Below, piece by piece: positions 57,565-64,000 of a stretch of 64,000 nucleotides of DNA. A program made the position numbers and the translations under genes. The notes below the pieces were generated by a model. It did no database searches. It had not been told where the DNA came from and worked only from the letters and a program-made list of their open reading frames with translations. How positions within the stretch are numbered: position 1 is the stretch's first letter; each line of letters begins with the position of its first letter. This stretch comes from the human T2T-CHM13v2.0 reference genome, Homo sapiens: the NCBI RefSeq assembly GCF_009914755.1, contig NC_060934.1. One strand, 5' to 3'.

Positions 57565-58236
57565 TGTAACCACCCAAGGGGTTCACCTTGCCTGCTGCCT
57601 CGACAGAGCCGATTGATCAAGACAGGGGAATTGCAATAGAAGAAGAGTAATTCACGCAGAGCCGGCTGTGCGGGAGACTGGAGTTTTATTATCACTCAAA
57701 TCAGTCTCCTCGAGAATTCGGGGAGCAGAATTTTTAAGCATAACTTGGTAGGGGGAAGCCAGTGAGCCAGGAGTGCTGGTTGGTCAGGGATGAAATCACA
57801 GGGAGTCGAAGCTGTCTTCTTGCGCTTCGTCAGTTCCCGGGTGGGGGCCACAAGATCAGACGAGGCAGTTTATCCATCTGTGTGGCGTCAGCTGATCCAG
57901 CAAGTGCGGGGTCTGCAACATGTCTCAAGCACTGATCTTAGAAGCAGTTTAGGGAGGGTCAGAATCTTGTAGCCTCCAGCTGCGTGACTCCTAAACCGTA
58001 ATTTCTAATCCTGTGGCTAATGTTAGTCTAGTCCCCAGACAAGAAGGAGGTCTGCATTGGGAAAGGGCTGTTACCATCTTTGTTTAAACTATAACTACAA
58101 ACTAAGTTTCTCCCAAAGTTAGTTCAGCCTACGCCCAGGAATGAACAAAGACAGCTTGGAGGTTAGAAACAAGATGGAGCTGGTTAAGTTAGCTCTCTTT
58201 CACTGTTTCAGTCATAATTTTGCAAAGGTGGTTTCA
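57565..58236 (-). mobile_element. Solo ERV1 LTR (LTR8-like)
   Basis: TGTAACCACC...GGTTTCA; 4-bp TSD AAAT at 57561-57564 and 58237-58240. Confidence 0.85.
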
Positions 58237-61203
58237 AAATGACTATCCATGAGTTTGTAAAATAACCCAGGATGCCTGTTGTTCACAGCACATAGCCTGC
58301 TGTGTGACTAAGCTGATAATCAGCTAGACTTTGGGGAGAGAAAAATGCCAAAAGAAAATGGCCTTGCCCTGCTAGAGAGTCTTCAGGTCTCCCTTTGGAT
58401 GCATGAGCAATATGGAAGGGAATGGAGAAGGAGGACAAAGAAAAGTCACCCTCCATAATTGGGACAGGGTTTGGAACTCTTGCGGCCAATTCTTTCATGC
58501 TGCCTGGCCCCACCTGCCCCGGAGACTTCTGGTGCTTAACGGAGGCTTTCTTTTGGCTGCCCTGGAACTGTGAATGGGCCTGCCTTGGATAATTTTCCCT
58601 CCAGGCGCTCTCTACCTGGGGTCTGTGAACACCCTCGAAGTAGTATCCACCATGAATTGTATGAATAATTACACATATGTGCACACTCATGAATACATGG
58701 ACCCATGCATATGTGTTCACTGCGTTCTACAATTGCCCCCATGATATCTATACCAGTTACAACTTATTACTTCTCAGCTCCATATTCACCCACTAATACC
58801 TGCTCTGTGATAATGGACAGGATTCCCATGAGCATTTCTCCTGTACACTAAGCATAACGTGAAGCTTTCTCAGCGGAGGGTGCTGAGAGAACAGTGCAGG
58901 TGAAAGGAGTTTCTCTTCCTGGGTCTGGCTGGTGTGAGGAGATCCAGTGGTACTCTGCTCCAGTCACGTGCCCAGAAGGTCCCAGGCAACTAGTCTTGTC
59001 CTGGCATGGTGATCGCCCTCTTAGTATCCTCCCAACACAGGCACCACGCGATCCATGCCTTCTGTCCGCACTGGAGACCCAATCATTCTACATGCTCATA
59101 CACTCAACCCAGCAGTGTGGCTCGCATGGGCTGTGGAGGTTTGTTTCCTGCTTGTCCAATAATTGCAACCAGCTCTAGACCATGCAACCCAGCAAATCTC
59201 TCTGCCATGTAGGGGGCTGCAATGATACCTTCTCCGACAATGTCTGATCTCCAGCCTGGGGAGGGGGCCCCATTCCAAGCTTGTCCTTCTTGGGTACTCT
59301 TCTCCACCTGTAGGGAGAGTAGCCCTATAAGGTTCTCTTTATATCATATAGTTGCTCTTTTATCATAGCTGAATAATTCTTTATATTAAACTTCCATTGC
59401 ATAAACCACTTGTGGTTTCTATCTCTTGATTGAAACCAGTCTGATACAGTACTTGTGGCCCCCAAAATATTGAGATCCACCATACCTAGTCCCAGGTAAA
59501 ACAAAAATATAAAAACTCTCAGCTCATTGCCTAGAACATAGAACACAATCCTTTTAAGCAGCTGTTACTACCATGTGTTGGAGATGGAGGTCAGTTGCCG
59601 CATAGGGTTGGCAGCTCTGCAGAATCACCTTAGACATTCCCTCTTGCCTGTTTAGCTTGAGCTGCATTCTCTCTGGTATAGCAGTAAAATAACAAGTGGC
59701 TAAAGCTATCACTTATGGAGCACACAGTTCATCTCAAGCAGTGGGCCATGAGTTTTGTATGCACTATTTTCCCCATTTTGCAGTTGTAAAAGATGAGGAT
59801 TAATGAAGTTGGAAACTTGCCGAAGTTTTCACAGTTGACCCTGGAAGAGCTGGAATTTGAACCCAGGTGTATCCAATTCCAAAAAACCGAAGTCTTCACC
59901 ACCACAATACATGCCTTTGTAGCATTTATTTCTGGGTCAAGCTCTGTGCTAAATGGTTCACAGTGGTTATGTAATGTGTTTCCTGTCACAGCTGTGTTTG
60001 TAAGCAGTGTTTTGTTCCTGTTTTATAGATAAAGAGACTAAATGTCTCACCCAAGGCCTCTCAGTTAGTGAGAGGTGGAGGCAGGATTTGAAACTGGTTC
60101 CCTGACTCCAGAGCCCACACTGCTAATGTCTATTATACTGCTTCCCTGGCTCACATAATAGAAGTGAATTTTGGGGTGTGAATATACCTACCCCTGGGGA
60201 CTGTGATGGGTGAAACAATGGAAAGCACATGGCATTTGATTCACATGCAGTTCCTGCTGCTCCCAACAATGCCATCCATGTGTGTTAATAAAGGATACAG
60301 AGCTGGTGAGGAGAAGGGTGTAGGTATAGGACCAGGTGTGCCATGTCATCACGCTAACGTACCTAACCCTAACCCCAGCCCTAACCCTCAGGGGCAGTGA
60401 TGGCCTACAGGCACCTGCATTAGGGTGGTTTGGAGGATCCATGTTCATCGCCAACCCTCCTCTAGGGAGAGGGTTCCCTGACACTCAACATCTGGATCTG
60501 CCCATGGCAGATCGAGCCACTACGGCATCTTGCCTATACCCCAGGCTCTGATGCCACCTCACTGACTGTGCCAACCCGAGTGATTAGCCCTCTTTGTGTG
60601 GACTCATGGTTGTTCACTGGTTTGGCTCTAAGACCCTAGCTGCTGATGGGGAGAGGGATATATGACACATTGTGAGATCCAGAATATTTGCAGGTTTCTA
60701 AGAAAAAGCACAACTATTCCAGATACTGAGGACCAAAGAGCATATTCTCCTCTAGGTGTTCATAGAGAGGCTTCATAGGGAAGCCACATCCTCAACAATA
60801 TCCCTGCAACAGATGGGGATCAGTGTTCAAAACCATGCTTTGTATAATGTGTATCATGTCCCTCAACCAAAGCACAAAGCATTAAAAGTCATTCTTCAAG
60901 GAGTCAGTGGGAAGCAGTCAAGCTCACAGGTTCATGGCTCTGGCTAAATTGGTAATAGATTTAAGAATATTTGTCCAGAGGATTGAATACAGCATGCACT
61001 CTGCAGGCACTTATCCATGAGTAGCATTTCTCTTAGCCAAGCTTTTGAAAAGTATAGTGTGGCTCTGAGGTTGAGATTCTACTTGGAATGCTGGAACTTT
61101 CCATTGCCAATTAAGAGACGAGCCATATACCTTAATAACAAACTGAGCCGTGGCTTGACATAGATCCTCTTATGAAAACTCATGCACCAGAAAGAACATT
61201 TCT

Positions 61204-61515
61204 CTCTTTCCCTGCTGCCGCCAAGCGCCAAGCCCACCTTTGTGTGCTTGCATCCAACTGTGATAAGCCTATGTATGTCAAGTTGGTGAAGGCCCATTGT
61301 GCTGAACACCAAATCAACCTAATCAAGGGTGATGACAACAAGAAACTAGGGGAATGGGAAGGCCCCTGTACAATTGACAGAGAGGGGAAACCCTGTAAAG
61401 TGGTTGGTTGCAGTTGTGCAGTAGTTAAGGACTATGGAAGGAGTCTCAGGCCAAGGATGTCATCGAACAGTACTTCAAATGCAAGAAATGAAGAACTAAA
61501 TCTTTGCCTCACACA
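61204..61515 (+). pseudogene. RPS12 processed pseudogene lacking the start codon and first 43 codons
   Basis: [22 protein letters not shown]...VVKDYG; 1-nt deletion near 61438; native stop at 61489-61491; AATAAA changed to ACTAAA; followed by an A-rich tail. Confidence 0.95.
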
Positions 61516-61517
61516 TG

Positions 61518-61636
61518 GAAAGAAAAGAAAAAAGAAAAAGAGAGAGAGAAAGAAGGAAAGAAAGAAAAGAAAGAAAGAAAGAAGAAAGAAAGAAAGAAGA
61601 AAGAAAGAAAGAAAGAAAGAGAAAGAAAGAAGAAAG
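61518..61636 (+). repeat. (GAAA)n microsatellite derived from the retrocopy poly(A)
   Basis: Visible purine tract directly after the RPS12 3' end. Confidence 0.9.
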
Positions 61637-62668
61637 TCAACGTGTTTCTGAAGAGAAGGCCAACCCACATCCCCTCCAAAGTGCATCAAGGGAGTCCCTG
61701 CAGGCAGAGCCAAGATTCTCTTCAGGAGGAAATTTGAGAGTTCCCTAACAGGGCAATGAATGGGTAACTGATTCCCTACAATTCCACATCATAAAATGCA
61801 ACGGCAATAAAAATAGCCCAGAAAAAATGTAAAGCAGGCATGTAACTATATATCTTGTTTGGCTACACATACACATAAGCATGTGCACACACACACATAC
61901 CTGCGGCCCATCTAATTTTGAGCAATAAGCCCTGTTAAAACTGGTTGTGAAATGTACACCCAAAGTAACTAAATGATTTATTGTTTATCATTATTTCCTA
62001 TAAATCTCCCTAAATTTGGGGGATTTCCATTAAAATGATTATTTCAGATCCAGATTTGGTAGCCCTTGTTTCTGGATGTCATTAGATAGCAGTATTCATT
62101 GTCTACTAAAACTACTCCTAGTCCATGATACCCACATCAGGTTATTTGCATCTGAGAGAATGCTTGACCTTCTGTGCTCCACTGCAGAGCAGGGTGGCGG
62201 GGCCCTACCATATGCAACAACCTGCAGGGCACAGATACTGATCCTTTGGAGCTGATGCTGGTCAGTGGCCTGCACTGTGCCTAACAGTTATGTGGGTCAG
62301 TAGGAAAGCAAACTCATGGGCTATCTCAATATGGTTTCAAGTTAAAAATAAAAGGATCCAGGGCACATCTTTGTTTTACCCACTGGAAATTACAAGCAGG
62401 ATAGTTCATATTTTTCCTTATATATTGTGTCAAAGGCTGGAAGAGGATCAAGAAAAGTCACAAGCCATTTAATATGATTTTTGGCAGGTGTTGTCACAAG
62501 ATTATATAAATTACAACAGATGACTATGTTCTCAGCCTGTGAGCTGTGAATATAGGTCAGGCTTGCAAATTATTAAGCAAAGCCATGCAAATGGACGTTG
62601 CTTGCACATGCTAGAATAGGACGACTAACTCATTCTGGTTTGGCAGAGATTTTTCTTATTTTAGTACT

Positions 62669-63099
62669 TGTCTTAATCCAATAAGTGTTGCTATAGAAGA
62701 ATACCTGAGGCTGGGGAATTTATAAAGAAAAGAGGTTTATTTGGCTCACAGTTCTGCAGGCTGGGAAGTTCAAAAAGTATGGTGTTAGCATCTGCTCAGA
62801 TTCTGGTGGGGGCTTTTTGTGCTATGTCATAACATGGTGGAAAATCTCAATGGTGAGTGGACACGTGGGAAGAGAAAAAACCCAAGGGGCATCCTGGCTT
62901 TACAACAACCCATTCCTGCAGGAACATTCCCACAAGAACTAAATCCAGTCTCATGAGAGAGCTGGAGTGCACCAAGTCATTCATGAGGGATCTGTCTCTG
63001 TGACCCAAACACCTCCCACCAGGCACACCTCCCAACACTGCCACATTGGGGATCAAAGTTCAACATGAGTTTTGTTGGGGACAAACTCAAACCATAGTA
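62669..63099. mobile_element. MST-type MaLR solo LTR nested in a MER94-like hAT element (about 62617-63165)
   Basis: Typical MST body; 5-bp TSD GTACT at 62664-62668 and 63100-63104; flanks end in ggttggtcaccct. Confidence 0.8.
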
Positions 63100-64000
63100 G
63101 TACTGACTGTCCCAAATCCTGTGAAACCCCTGGGTCCCTGGCAAACCAGGAAGGTTGGTCACCCTTGCTGGAGGCCTTCCTCCCAGGTGATATCCCTTAG
63201 CTGTGTATTCACATTTGGGGGTGAGGCACAAAACACTGACTGCAATGTCTGTGGGGGAGCGGGGCTTGTTGACTGATGGAGCTCACCACAGAGTGTCTGA
63301 GCATCAGGTCAGCTCCTCATTGAGGAAACCAGCACACATCAGCCACTGGAGGCCCTTTGTGTGGGACATTCCTTTTCTCCACAAATGAATCCTCCGGACT
63401 CTGGCCTGTAGATTGTAAATTAGGTTGCTCACTCTCTGGGGACTGGGGTCCCATCATTCAATATGTAGATTGTGGTTTAATCCTTGTGTTTAAGCTTGAC
63501 CTTACCTCCTCCTCCCAAACCTGTGTGGCTCAGACCTCCCATTCTGCAGTTTCTTCGGTTCAATTTATATGACAAATAACTCTCCTTTCTCCCCTGGGTG
63601 GAGGGGACCCCTGGCTGAAGAGGGTAGAGAAAGTGGCCTAGGGTTTCCACTTATGCCTCTGTTTTCCTGTTTACAGCCTCACACTGTACCTCACCTCTTT
63701 AAGTGTGGATCCTTTCTTAGACTCTGGGGGTGAAGTAGGGAGAATCCGTTGGCTTCTTCTTATTTTCTCCCTCTGGGGCATCCAAGTGAGAACATGCACC
63801 ATTCTGCCAAATTACCATTCCTTTGTATACTATCTCCAAAATACGTGTCCAAATTCTTGGTTGCTGTTTTCTCCTCTCCTGTCTCTATTGTCCTTGAAGA
63901 ATTTTACCTGTGCTCTTCCTCTACTGCCATTTTATTAGGATTTGGGGAGGGAGAGGAAATAAATTTGTGTTGCAAATCAACCATGTTTCATTGGACATCC

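Noticed and set aside
61172-61651. 159-aa RPS12 fusion with a Lys/Glu/Arg tail
   Set aside because: Frameshifted pseudogene reading into a (GAAA)n tail.

Overview
Primate (human-like) euchromatic DNA dense in Alu, L1, LTR and MIR repeats. The order TPRX1-derived pseudogene, EIF5AL1, RPS12 pseudogene matches my recollection of human 10q22.3; I did not verify this. The one intact coding sequence is an intronless eIF5A retrocopy (EIF5AL1-type, CDS 29780-30244, perfect 19-bp TSD). There are two disabled processed pseudogenes: the TPRX1 3' half on the minus strand and RPS12 on the plus strand. The main discovery is invisible in the ORF track. A spliced, degraded gene on the minus strand (about 34771 down to 23189) has at least 12 exons that translate, in order and with matching phases, into the C-terminal half of MIA3/TANGO1: TM hairpin, coiled coils and proline-rich domain. 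Seven of these exons also correspond to NPIP (morpheus/LCR16a) exons 2-8. The locus therefore looks like an evolutionary intermediate showing that NPIP derives from a partial MIA3 duplication. Its terminal exon carries a 33/36-bp VNTR with a start-less, stop-free 584-codon (PLGPHPPPAAVS)n frame, an amplified TANGO1-like PPP motif array. Reference proteins (MIA3, NPIP, TPRX1, RPS12, EIF5A) are recalled from memory and identities are hand counts, so they need BLAST confirmation. Repeat subfamily calls are by eye.
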